From positions 1 through 39,630 of the forward strand of contig CAZPLG010000001.1 of NCBI GenBank assembly GCA_964587415.1: a stretch of 39,630 nucleotides of DNA. Reading direction: 5' to 3'. Below, in pieces: positions 28,451 to 35,705 of the stretch. The notes under the pieces are model-generated. The model saw only the letters and a program-made list of their open reading frames with translations, was not told the origin of the DNA and did no database searches. The position numbers and the translations under genes are program-made. The stretch's first letter is position 1. Each line of letters starts with the position of its first letter. Source of the DNA: an uncultured Dehalococcoidales bacterium. GTDB lineage: Bacteria; Chloroflexota; Dehalococcoidia; Dehalococcoidales; BS750m-G39.

Positions 28451-29217
28451 ACCGGATTGCGGCTGTCTTCGCTCAGCGCGACCATAAAGCCTTAATTCCT
28501 TATGTTACCGTGGGCTATCCCAGCCTAGAAGCCACCCTGAAGGTAGTCCCCCTTCTGGCTAAAAACGGCGCCGATATCGTCGAACTGGGCATTCCCTTCT
28601 CCGACCCCCTCGCCGACGGCGTCACCATCCAGCGCTCCAGCTTCCACGCCCTTAAACAAGGCGTCACCCCTCAACTCTGCCTTGAGACAGCCAAAAAGCT
28701 GCGGGAGAAAGTAGATATCCCCCTCGTCTTTATGACTTACTATAACCCCGTGTTTCATTATGGACTGGAGGAGTTTTGCAACGCCTGCGTCGGCTCCGGC
28801 ATCGATGGTTTAATCATCCCCGACCTCCCCCCCCAGGAAGGCGCCGACCTGGAGGCAATCACCAAAAAGCAGGACCTCGACCTCATCTATCTTTTAGCTC
28901 CCACCAGCACCGAGGAGCGCATCAGGCTGGTGGCGCAAAGGTCGCGCGGCTTCATCTACCTGGTCTCGGTGACGGGCGTTACTGGCGCCAGGGACAGGCT
29001 ACCCGCCGATTTAGAGGTCTTCGTCAGCCGGGTCAAGCAGTCGGTCGCCCAGCCCCTCTGTGTCGGCTTCGGCATATCGACACCGTCACAGGCAAAGCGC
29101 GTCGCCCTCCTGGCGGATGGGGTCATTGTGGGCAGCTGCATCATTCAGCTCATGGAGTCCGGGGACATGCCCCAAGTGGGAGAGTTTATCAAGGGACTGC
29201 GGGAAGCGCTCGGCTAA
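28447..29217 (+). CDS. trpA: Tryptophan synthase alpha chain
   Basis: 256-aa [16 protein letters not shown] motif. ATGA overlap with trpB. Confidence 0.96.
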   Translation: MNRIAAVFAQRDHKALIPYVTVGYPSLEATLKVVPLLAKNGADIVELGIPFSDPLADGVTIQRSSFHALKQGVTPQLCLETAKKLREKVDIPLVFMTYYNPVFHYGLEEFCNACVGSGIDGLIIPDLPPQEGADLEAITKKQDLDLIYLLAPTSTEERIRLVAQRSRGFIYLVSVTGVTGARDRLPADLEVFVSRVKQSVAQPLCVGFGISTPSQAKRVALLADGVIVGSCIIQLMESGDMPQVGEFIKGLREALG

Positions 29218-29252
29218 ACTACAATCTAGACCGACCTTCTCGCTCTTTACCG

Positions 29253-29472
29253 CCCCACCCCAGGTTCTTCTTCCCACCCAATACCCACCCTATAAGGGTT
29301 AGACCCTTATATATCTCTTATCTGGGATACGCCCCACACCCCCGCCCCCTCTTAAACACCCCCAAAAGGGAGGGGTGGAGTGGCCGTAACCCGGAAGGAA
29401 TTCTAGAGGGAGAATCCCCTCTAAGGGTGGGTAGGGCGGGTCAGAAAAACGTACGCTCAACAAGGTGGGGGC
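29253..29472. repeat. Copy 4 of the dispersed mosaic repeat (complete, with inverted arms)
   Basis: Left arm CCCACCCAATACCCACCC (29273-29290) plus hairpin 29292-29310. Right side has hairpin 29404-29423 plus arm GGGTGGGTAGGGCGGG (29425-29440) and tcagaaaaacgtacgc..ggtggggg. Confidence 0.85.
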
Positions 29473-29492
29473 TGTATAATCCAGGGTGAAGC

Positions 29493-29969
29493 TTATTCTT
29501 CTTCGTGCCCGGATGTCCTCCCGTACAAAGCTCCGTTTCCGCCGGTAAAAAAGAAAACGGGGCTATCGATTCTGTGGAACAAGAGGGGAAGATGTTTCAT
29601 GCCTCGGGGAACAAAGATGAGACTGCTTTCCGTGATGATATATTGTTCATCCTCAAGCCAGAGCTCGATTTCGGCATTCAAATCACGCGGATTTTCCCTT
29701 CGACTGCCCACGAATCCCAGAATTTCATCGAAATCATGGGTATGGGCTATCTCCATCTCTACCGCTTCCGCCCCGTGCTTTTCCCAGAGCCAGACACAAT
29801 CAAAGTAAAAGGACCCTTTTAGTACACTCTCGTCTAGCGATAACATACGGGTGGCCTCGAAGTAATTACCGGCCTGCCTCTGCTCCTCCATCCTTTTGAG
29901 AAATCCCGCGGGAGGTGGCTCAGAAAAACATTCTGTTGTGATGTATTTGGCATACTTCTTTTGGGACAC
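29493..29969 (-). CDS. Cupin-like hypothetical protein
   Basis: 158-aa ORF. Cupin-type motifs AHTHDFDEILGF and FVPRGMKHLP. G+C visibly lower than the neighbours. aggagg SD upstream. Confidence 0.65.
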   Translation of the reverse strand: MSQKKYAKYITTECFSEPPPAGFLKRMEEQRQAGNYFEATRMLSLDESVLKGSFYFDCVWLWEKHGAEAVEMEIAHTHDFDEILGFVGSRRENPRDLNAEIELWLEDEQYIITESSLIFVPRGMKHLPLLFHRIDSPVFFFTGGNGALYGRTSGHEEE

Positions 29970-30118
29970 TTCCTCATTTCCTCCTTCTTAGTCTATCGTT
30001 TCAGAAAAGTCCGGTAATTTCAAGGGCTTTTCACGAATTAAGGCTAATTTAACCCGAAGACTAAAGCAAAATCCACCGAAGCCTTTGGTCGCTGGTTCGA
30101 ACCCACCCACATAGCCCT

Positions 30119-31588
30119 CTAGCCCGGCACTTCTATGATTATGGTCGTGCCCTCGCCCGGCGTCGACTTTACCTCAAGTGTTCCCCCCAGCAGCCGGGCT
30201 CTCTCCCGCATCCCCACCAGCCCCAGCTTGCCGCTGCGGGGCAGGTCGTCCACCCTCCCCACCAGCTCGAAACCCTGCCCGTTGTCGCTGATGGTCACCC
30301 TCACCTTATCCTTGGTGAAATCGATGACCACGCTGGCTTCCGGAGCCTGCGCGTGCCGCCGGATATTGTTCAGCGCCTCCTGGACGATGCGGAAAAGCGA
30401 AGACTCGAATTCGGGCGCAAAACGCTTCTCGTCGCCGAGCACCTCCAGCTTGCTGCCGATGCCGTCGTACTCCTGCATGTCTTTCATCAGCGAACGCAGG
30501 GCGGGAATCAAGCCCAGGTCGTCCAACAGCGAAGGGCGTAAGTCCTGCACGAAGCGGTGCACCCCCTGCACCCCCCGGTTGAGCTGCGCCTGCAGGTCCT
30601 TTAAGAACAAGACCTCGTTGGGAGCCAGCCCCGACTTCTTGCGCACGAAGTTGTCCAGCTGCCGGGATAGAGAACCGAGCAACTGCGCCGTGTCGTCATG
30701 CAGCTCGCGGGCGATGCGCTTGCGCTCTTCTTCCTGCGCCTGGGTAATCTCCTGCAGGTAGTAGCGCAAATTCTCCTGCATTCGCTTCTCCTGGGTGACG
30801 TTACGGGCGATATTGTGAAAGCCCCTGGCTTCGCCTTCGCCGCTAATCAGGTTGGTGGAGACCATGCATATCGCCTCCGAGCCGTTTTTTTTAATCATCC
30901 TCAGCTCGTAGGGCAGTTCCACATGGGTGTGCTGCACCAGCCTACGCCCCACCTCCCGCGCCAAGGCCAGGCTCTCCTCGCCCAGGAAAGACTTCACGTT
31001 CATCCTCAGCAGCTCTTCCACCGGGTAGCCGCTCAAGGTAGCGGCGGCTTTATTGGCCGTCTGGATGTTGCCCTCAAGGTCGTGCGACCAGATGGCGTCG
31101 TAAGCCCCCTCGAACAAAGCCCTGAAGCTATTCTCCGACTCGTTCAGCGCTTCTTCGGCGTGCTTGCGCTCGGTGATATCCTCCAGTGTTTCGATGGCGC
31201 CGATTATCTGCCCGTCGTTATCTCTGATGGGGCTGGCGGTAAAATGGAGCCACTTTCCCTCCTCGCCCATTTCGGGGAAAAAGTCCTCGGCTTCATAAGC
31301 GCCCTCGATAAGGCTCGACTTCCCGTGTCGCCCCGTGTAGTAGCCGGCAATCTCGCTCAAGGGCGCGCCGTCGACGATGAAATCGGCCATGGCCGGCCTC
31401 TTCTCGGTATAGAACGGCCGCCACTGCTGGTCGGTGCCGATAACCTGATCCCGCTTTATGCCCGAAAGCGCTTCCAGGGCGGTGTTCCAGTAGATGACGC
31501 GGTGCTGCTTATTGATGACGAATGATGGAATAGAAGAGCCGTCGATAATCTTGGCCAGCATCTCCGAACCCGGTAAACTTTGCGGCAT
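30119..31588 (-). CDS. Cytoplasmic sensor histidine kinase, two PAS domains + HisKA_3 + HATPase_c (NarX/DegS class)
   Basis: 489-aa ORF with no TM segment. H-box ARELHDDTAQ. ATP-lid motifs DNGQGF and GLVGMRERA. Confidence 0.9.
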   Translation of the reverse strand: MPQSLPGSEMLAKIIDGSSIPSFVINKQHRVIYWNTALEALSGIKRDQVIGTDQQWRPFYTEKRPAMADFIVDGAPLSEIAGYYTGRHGKSSLIEGAYEAEDFFPEMGEEGKWLHFTASPIRDNDGQIIGAIETLEDITERKHAEEALNESENSFRALFEGAYDAIWSHDLEGNIQTANKAAATLSGYPVEELLRMNVKSFLGEESLALAREVGRRLVQHTHVELPYELRMIKKNGSEAICMVSTNLISGEGEARGFHNIARNVTQEKRMQENLRYYLQEITQAQEEERKRIARELHDDTAQLLGSLSRQLDNFVRKKSGLAPNEVLFLKDLQAQLNRGVQGVHRFVQDLRPSLLDDLGLIPALRSLMKDMQEYDGIGSKLEVLGDEKRFAPEFESSLFRIVQEALNNIRRHAQAPEASVVIDFTKDKVRVTISDNGQGFELVGRVDDLPRSGKLGLVGMRERARLLGGTLEVKSTPGEGTTIIIEVPG

Positions 31589-31603
31589 AGCTACTCCAGG
31601 GAC

Positions 31604-32269
31604 CTAAGGCAGCTCTTCCAGGGTGAGCCAGCCCTTCCTCAGCCCGTAGAGCACGGCCTCGGTGCGGGAACCGACCCCCAGCTTATTGAAGATAGTCCTC
31701 AGGTGCCCCTCCACGGTGCGGTTGCTCAGGTGCAGCTTATCGGCGATGTCCTTGTTGGTCATCCCCCGGGCCGCCAGCTTGATGATGTCCGTCTCCCGCT
31801 CGCTGAGGTGCTCGGAGGGCCTCTCCAGCCCCTTCGCCTTGCCCGGTATGCGGAAATAGTCGACCACCTTGCGCGCCACCACCGGGTCGAGTACCGGCTC
31901 GCCCTTATAGACCGCCCGGATGGCGCGCGTCAGCTCGTCGCCGCTGACGCTCTTTAAGAGATAGCCGGCCGCCCCGGCCTTGAGCAGGGCGAAGACATAC
32001 TCGTCGTCATCGTAGGCACTCAGAATAAGCACGGCGATGCGGGGGTTGTTCAGCTTTATCTGCCGCGTGGCTTCGATGCCGTTCAGCTTGGGCATGGCGA
32101 CATCCATGATAATCACGTCGGGCTTCAGCTCGTCGGCTTTCTGCACCGCCTCCTCCCCGTCGCCCGCTTCCCCCACCACCGTAACCCCCTTTTCCGCTTC
32201 TAAAAGCCTGCGGATACCCTCCCGCGTGATGACATGGTCCTCAGCGAGAAGAACGCTAATAGTGCTCAT
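31604..32269 (-). CDS. NarL/FixJ (LuxR-type HTH) response regulator
   Basis: REC domain (LLAEDH..., DVIIMDVAMP) plus LSERETDIIKLAARGMTNKDIA HTH. The ORF is open from 32293, but the ATG at 32269 lies 9 nt after GGAGG. Confidence 0.9.
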   Translation of the reverse strand: MSTISVLLAEDHVITREGIRRLLEAEKGVTVVGEAGDGEEAVQKADELKPDVIIMDVAMPKLNGIEATRQIKLNNPRIAVLILSAYDDDEYVFALLKAGAAGYLLKSVSGDELTRAIRAVYKGEPVLDPVVARKVVDYFRIPGKAKGLERPSEHLSERETDIIKLAARGMTNKDIADKLHLSNRTVEGHLRTIFNKLGVGSRTEAVLYGLRKGWLTLEELP

Positions 32270-32346
32270 AAGGAAATACCTCCACTCAATCATAACAGAG
32301 CCGTATAGTCTCCTTCAAGCGTAAAACAACAATCTAAGGTGGTTAG

Positions 32347-32373
32347 GTATTATTACCTGCGTATTATTACCTG
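32347..32373. promoter_or_regulatory. Tandem direct repeat, candidate operator in the divergent regulator / nuoE-like promoter region
   Basis: gtattattacctg occurs twice (32347-32359 and 32361-32373), 13/13 identical, 14-bp period. Confidence 0.4.
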
Positions 32374-32520
32374 ATACAGAATGCTTAGGCAGTGGAAACA
32401 CTGCTGGAAAACACCCGCCGAAATAGGGCAAACACCGACGAAAAAACGGGCGTGATAACGGATGGAAACGGGCCTTCTTAGGAGTAGCATTAAATTAGAG
32501 TTGATAAGGAGGTCGGCTTC

Positions 32521-33018
32521 ATGGAGGTTACGCTCGATTTTAGCAAGGTCAAGGAAATCGTCGAAGACTATACGGAAAAGGTCGATTCCCTTATCGACAG
32601 CTACACCGACAAGAAAGAGCAGATAATATCCCTGCTCCAAGATATCCAGGCCGAATTCAACTATTTACCCCAGGACGTTCTGGTCAAAATCAGCCAGAAG
32701 CTGGGTATCCCCTTGAGCCAGGTCTTCAGCGTAGCCACCTTCTTCCGCGCCTTCAGCCTCAAGCCCAGGGGCCGCCACCTGGTGACCGTTTGCCTGGGCA
32801 CTGCCTGCCACGTCAAGGGAGGCCAGAGGCTGGTGGACAAGGTGGAACGGGACTACGGCATCAAGCCCGGCGAAACCACCGAGGACATGAGGTTCACCCT
32901 GGAAACAGTCAACTGCCTGGGTTGCTGCGCCCTCGGCCCCGTGGTCGTGGTCGACGGCAAGTACGAGAGCAAGATGACCCCGGATAAGCTCAACCGCGTC
33001 TTGAAGAAATACAAATAA
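32521..33018 (+). CDS. NuoE/HydC-like thioredoxin-fold [2Fe-2S] subunit
   Basis: 165-aa ORF. CLGTACH...CLGCCALGP cysteine pattern. aaggagg SD. Confidence 0.88.
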   Translation: MEVTLDFSKVKEIVEDYTEKVDSLIDSYTDKKEQIISLLQDIQAEFNYLPQDVLVKISQKLGIPLSQVFSVATFFRAFSLKPRGRHLVTVCLGTACHVKGGQRLVDKVERDYGIKPGETTEDMRFTLETVNCLGCCALGPVVVVDGKYESKMTPDKLNRVLKKYK

Positions 33019-33034
33019 AGGCGAGGGGGACGAC

Positions 33035-34915
33035 ATGGTAGAGCAGGTCAGAAAACTACTGGAGAAAAGATTGGAAAGCGCCGAAGGGCTGGAAAGCCTG
33101 CGCCAGTCCATTCTGGCCAAGCGAGACCCCCAGCGCACCTGCATATCGGTCTGCGGCGGCACCGCCTGCCGCGCCGCGGGAGCGGAAGGGGTCGTTGACG
33201 CCTTTCTGGATGAAATCGAAAGGCGAGAGCTCCAGGTGAAGGTATCGCTCAAGGAAACGGGGTGCCACGGCTTCTGTGAGCGCGGTCCCCTGGTTGTTAT
33301 TGAGCCTAAGAAGATTCTCTACCAGCAGGTCAAGCCTGAGGACGTCGAGGAGATTATCGACGAAACCATCGTGGCCGGCAGGGTCATCGAGCGCTTACTC
33401 TATGTCGACCCGACGACCAACGAAACCATCACCTACGAGCCCGACGTCCCCTTCTACAAGAAGCAAACCAGGAATATCTTCGGCGTTAACGGCACGATTG
33501 ACCCGACGAATATTGAAGACTATATCGCCAGCGGCGGCTACTCCGCCCTGAGCAAAGCCTTATTCCAGATGACCCCGGAAAAGATTGTCGCCGAGGTCAA
33601 GAAGTCGGGGCTGCGGGGGCGGGGCGGCGGCGGATTTCCTACGGGGAGAAAGTGGCAGTCCTGCCTCGAGGCTAAGGGCAAGGTCAAATACGTCATCTGC
33701 AACGCCGACGAGGGCGACCCCGGCGCCTACCAGGATAGAAGCCTGCTGGAAGGCAACCCTCACAGCATCCTGGAAGGCATGATAATCGGCGCCCACGCCA
33801 TCGGCTCCCACCAGGGCTATATCTACGTCCGCAATGAATACCCCCTGGCGGTAAGGCACGCCCGCATCGCCATAGAGCAGGCGATGGACTACGGGCTGCT
33901 GGGCAAGAACATTTTAGGCTCCGGCCTCGACTTCAACATAACCATAAATAAGGGCGGCGGTGCCTTTGTCTGCGGCGAGTCCAGCGCCCTCATGGCATCA
34001 CTGGAAGGCAAGATAGGCGAACCCAAGGCGAAATACGTCCACATGGCGGAAAAAGGCCTCTGGGAACACCCCAGCCTGCTTAACAATGTGAAGACCTGGG
34101 CTAACGTCCCCCTGATAGTAAATAAAGGCGCCGACTGGTACTCAAAGCTCGGCACGGCCGGCAGCAAGGGCACGATGATATTCTCCCTGGTGGGCAATAT
34201 CGTCAACACCGGGCTGGTCGAAGTTCCCATGGGGATAACCCTGCGCCAGATGATATTCGATATCGGCGGCGGCATCCCCGACGGCAAGAAGTTCAAGGCG
34301 GTGCAAACGGGCGGTCCCTCGGGCGGCTGTATTCCAGAGCAGCTTCTGGATACGCCCGTGGACTTCGACGAGCTAACCAAGCTCGGCTCGATGATGGGCT
34401 CGGGCGGCATGATCGTCATGGACGAAGACACCTGCATGGTCGACGTCGCCCGCTACTTTATCGAGTTCTTAAAAGGCGAGTCCTGCGGCAAGTGCACCCC
34501 CTGCCGCGAGGGCATCAACCGCATGAGCCAAATCTTAAGCAACATTACCCAAGGCAAGGGTAAGCCCGAAGACCTGGATACTCTGCAAGACCTGGCTGAG
34601 GTCTTGAGCGCCGGCGCCCTCTGCGCGCTGGGCCAGACGGCGGCCAACCCGGTATTGAGCACCATCCGCTACTTTAAGGACGAATACCTGACCCATATAA
34701 ATAATAAAAAATGCCCCGCGGGCGTCTGCCGGGAGCTGGTGCGCTTCTCCATCGACCCCGAAAAGTGCGAAGGCTGCCTCAGGTGCATCAGGGAATGCCC
34801 CACCGGGGCTGTCACCGGCGAGAAAAAACAGCCCCACACCATAAACCAGGATATGTGTATCCGCTGCGGCGCCTGCTACGACGTCTGCAAGTTCAACGCC
34901 GTAATAAAGCGGTAA
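33035..34915 (+). CDS. NuoF/HydB-like NAD(P)H-binding flavoprotein with extra N-terminal [2Fe-2S] and C-terminal 2x[4Fe-4S] domains
   Basis: 626-aa ORF. GRGGGGFPTGRKW (FMN/NADH site), ESCGKCTPCREG (N3 cluster), CEGCLRCIRECP and CIRCGACYDVC ferredoxin motifs. Confidence 0.9.
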   Translation: MVEQVRKLLEKRLESAEGLESLRQSILAKRDPQRTCISVCGGTACRAAGAEGVVDAFLDEIERRELQVKVSLKETGCHGFCERGPLVVIEPKKILYQQVKPEDVEEIIDETIVAGRVIERLLYVDPTTNETITYEPDVPFYKKQTRNIFGVNGTIDPTNIEDYIASGGYSALSKALFQMTPEKIVAEVKKSGLRGRGGGGFPTGRKWQSCLEAKGKVKYVICNADEGDPGAYQDRSLLEGNPHSILEGMIIGAHAIGSHQGYIYVRNEYPLAVRHARIAIEQAMDYGLLGKNILGSGLDFNITINKGGGAFVCGESSALMASLEGKIGEPKAKYVHMAEKGLWEHPSLLNNVKTWANVPLIVNKGADWYSKLGTAGSKGTMIFSLVGNIVNTGLVEVPMGITLRQMIFDIGGGIPDGKKFKAVQTGGPSGGCIPEQLLDTPVDFDELTKLGSMMGSGGMIVMDEDTCMVDVARYFIEFLKGESCGKCTPCREGINRMSQILSNITQGKGKPEDLDTLQDLAEVLSAGALCALGQTAANPVLSTIRYFKDEYLTHINNKKCPAGVCRELVRFSIDPEKCEGCLRCIRECPTGAVTGEKKQPHTINQDMCIRCGACYDVCKFNAVIKR

Positions 34916-34927
34916 AAGGAGGTAGTT

Positions 34928-35641
34928 ATGGCTAAGGTATGGATTGACGGTGAAACTTCGATAGAGGTGGAACACGCCGAAGGCGTCGACATTGTCCACC
35001 TCACCGTAGACGATAAAGAGATCGCCGTATCGGCGGGAAAAACAATTCTAGAGGCGGTGGAGCGCATGCACGGCATCGGTAATATACCCGCCCTCTGCCA
35101 CCACCCCGCCGTTAAGCCCTACGGTGCCTGCCGCATCTGCACCGTCGAGGTCAGCGAGGACGGCGGCAACAGGTTCAAGTTCGTCGCCGCCTGCCTCTAC
35201 CCGGTCAAAGAGGGCTTGATAGTCAAGACCCAGACCGAAAAGATAAAGAAGCTGCGCAAGGGCATAATCGAGCTTTTACTAGCCCGCTGTCCTAACGTCA
35301 AGAGGATACAGGAGCTGGCCGAGGAATACGGCGTGGAAAAACCCAGATTTGTCTTAGGCGACCAGGACTGCATCCTCTGCGGCTTGTGCGTCCGGGCCTG
35401 CCAGGAGATAATCGGCAAGTCGGCGATAAGCCTGGTCAACCGCGGCATCTATAAAGAGGTGGCGGCGCCCTTCTACGCTTACGAGCTTAGCGGCGACTGC
35501 ATCGGCTGCGGCGACTGCGCCTTCGTCTGCCCCACCGGCGCTATCAAGATGGGCCCCGACGGCAGACCCGACCTGCCCAAGGTCAAGATACCCTACGCCG
35601 AAATCGAGGCCATGATGAAGAAGGAGACGGTGTCTTCGTAA
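34928..35641 (+). CDS. Truncated NuoG/HydA-N-terminal-like iron-sulfur protein ([2Fe-2S] + 2x[4Fe-4S], no catalytic domain)
   Basis: 237-aa ORF. LCHH...CRICTVEV 2Fe-2S motif, then CILCGLCVRAC and CIGCGDCAFVCP. Ends before any H-cluster or molybdopterin domain, and a terminator follows. Confidence 0.85.
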   Translation: MAKVWIDGETSIEVEHAEGVDIVHLTVDDKEIAVSAGKTILEAVERMHGIGNIPALCHHPAVKPYGACRICTVEVSEDGGNRFKFVAACLYPVKEGLIVKTQTEKIKKLRKGIIELLLARCPNVKRIQELAEEYGVEKPRFVLGDQDCILCGLCVRACQEIIGKSAISLVNRGIYKEVAAPFYAYELSGDCIGCGDCAFVCPTGAIKMGPDGRPDLPKVKIPYAEIEAMMKKETVSS

Positions 35642-35669
35642 AAGATAGACGCAGACTAGAAGCTAAAAA

Positions 35670-35704
35670 GGGTGTCGAGATATTATCGGCACCCTCTTCT
35701 TTTA
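35670..35704 (+). terminator. Rho-independent terminator of the nuoEFG-like operon
   Basis: 8-bp stem gggtgtcg / cggcaccc (one G-U), 9-nt loop, then tcttctttta. Confidence 0.65.
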
Positions 35705-35705
35705 T

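Noticed and set aside
28776-29489. 237-aa + strand ORF overlapping trpA and running through repeat copy 4. Also the 69-aa ORF at 12367..12576.
   Set aside because: Both are Arg/Pro/Gly-rich. Their only similarity to each other (HPIRVRPLYISY..GYA) comes from the shared DNA repeat. There is no SD and no coding periodicity, so they are repeat read-through artefacts.
30035-30118. Possible tRNA gene containing GGTTCGAACCC
   Set aside because: Placing the T-loop at 30096 requires a 5-prime acceptor strand ctatgtg near 30043, which is absent. No D or anticodon arms can be drawn, and there is no CCA. It is a fragment at best.
30119-32269. Two-component system as a marker of a reductive dehalogenase (rdhA) locus
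   Set aside because: Such kinase/regulator pairs often flank rdhAB genes in Dehalococcoidia. However, no rdhA/rdhB-like ORF (TAT signal, corrinoid/Fe-S motifs, small membrane anchor) is present anywhere in the window.
32353-32640. 95-aa minus-strand ORF spanning the divergent promoter region and the start of the nuoE-like gene
   Set aside because: It overlaps the well-supported nuoE-like start and its SD. It has no SD or recognisable domain, and it covers the AT-rich regulatory region.
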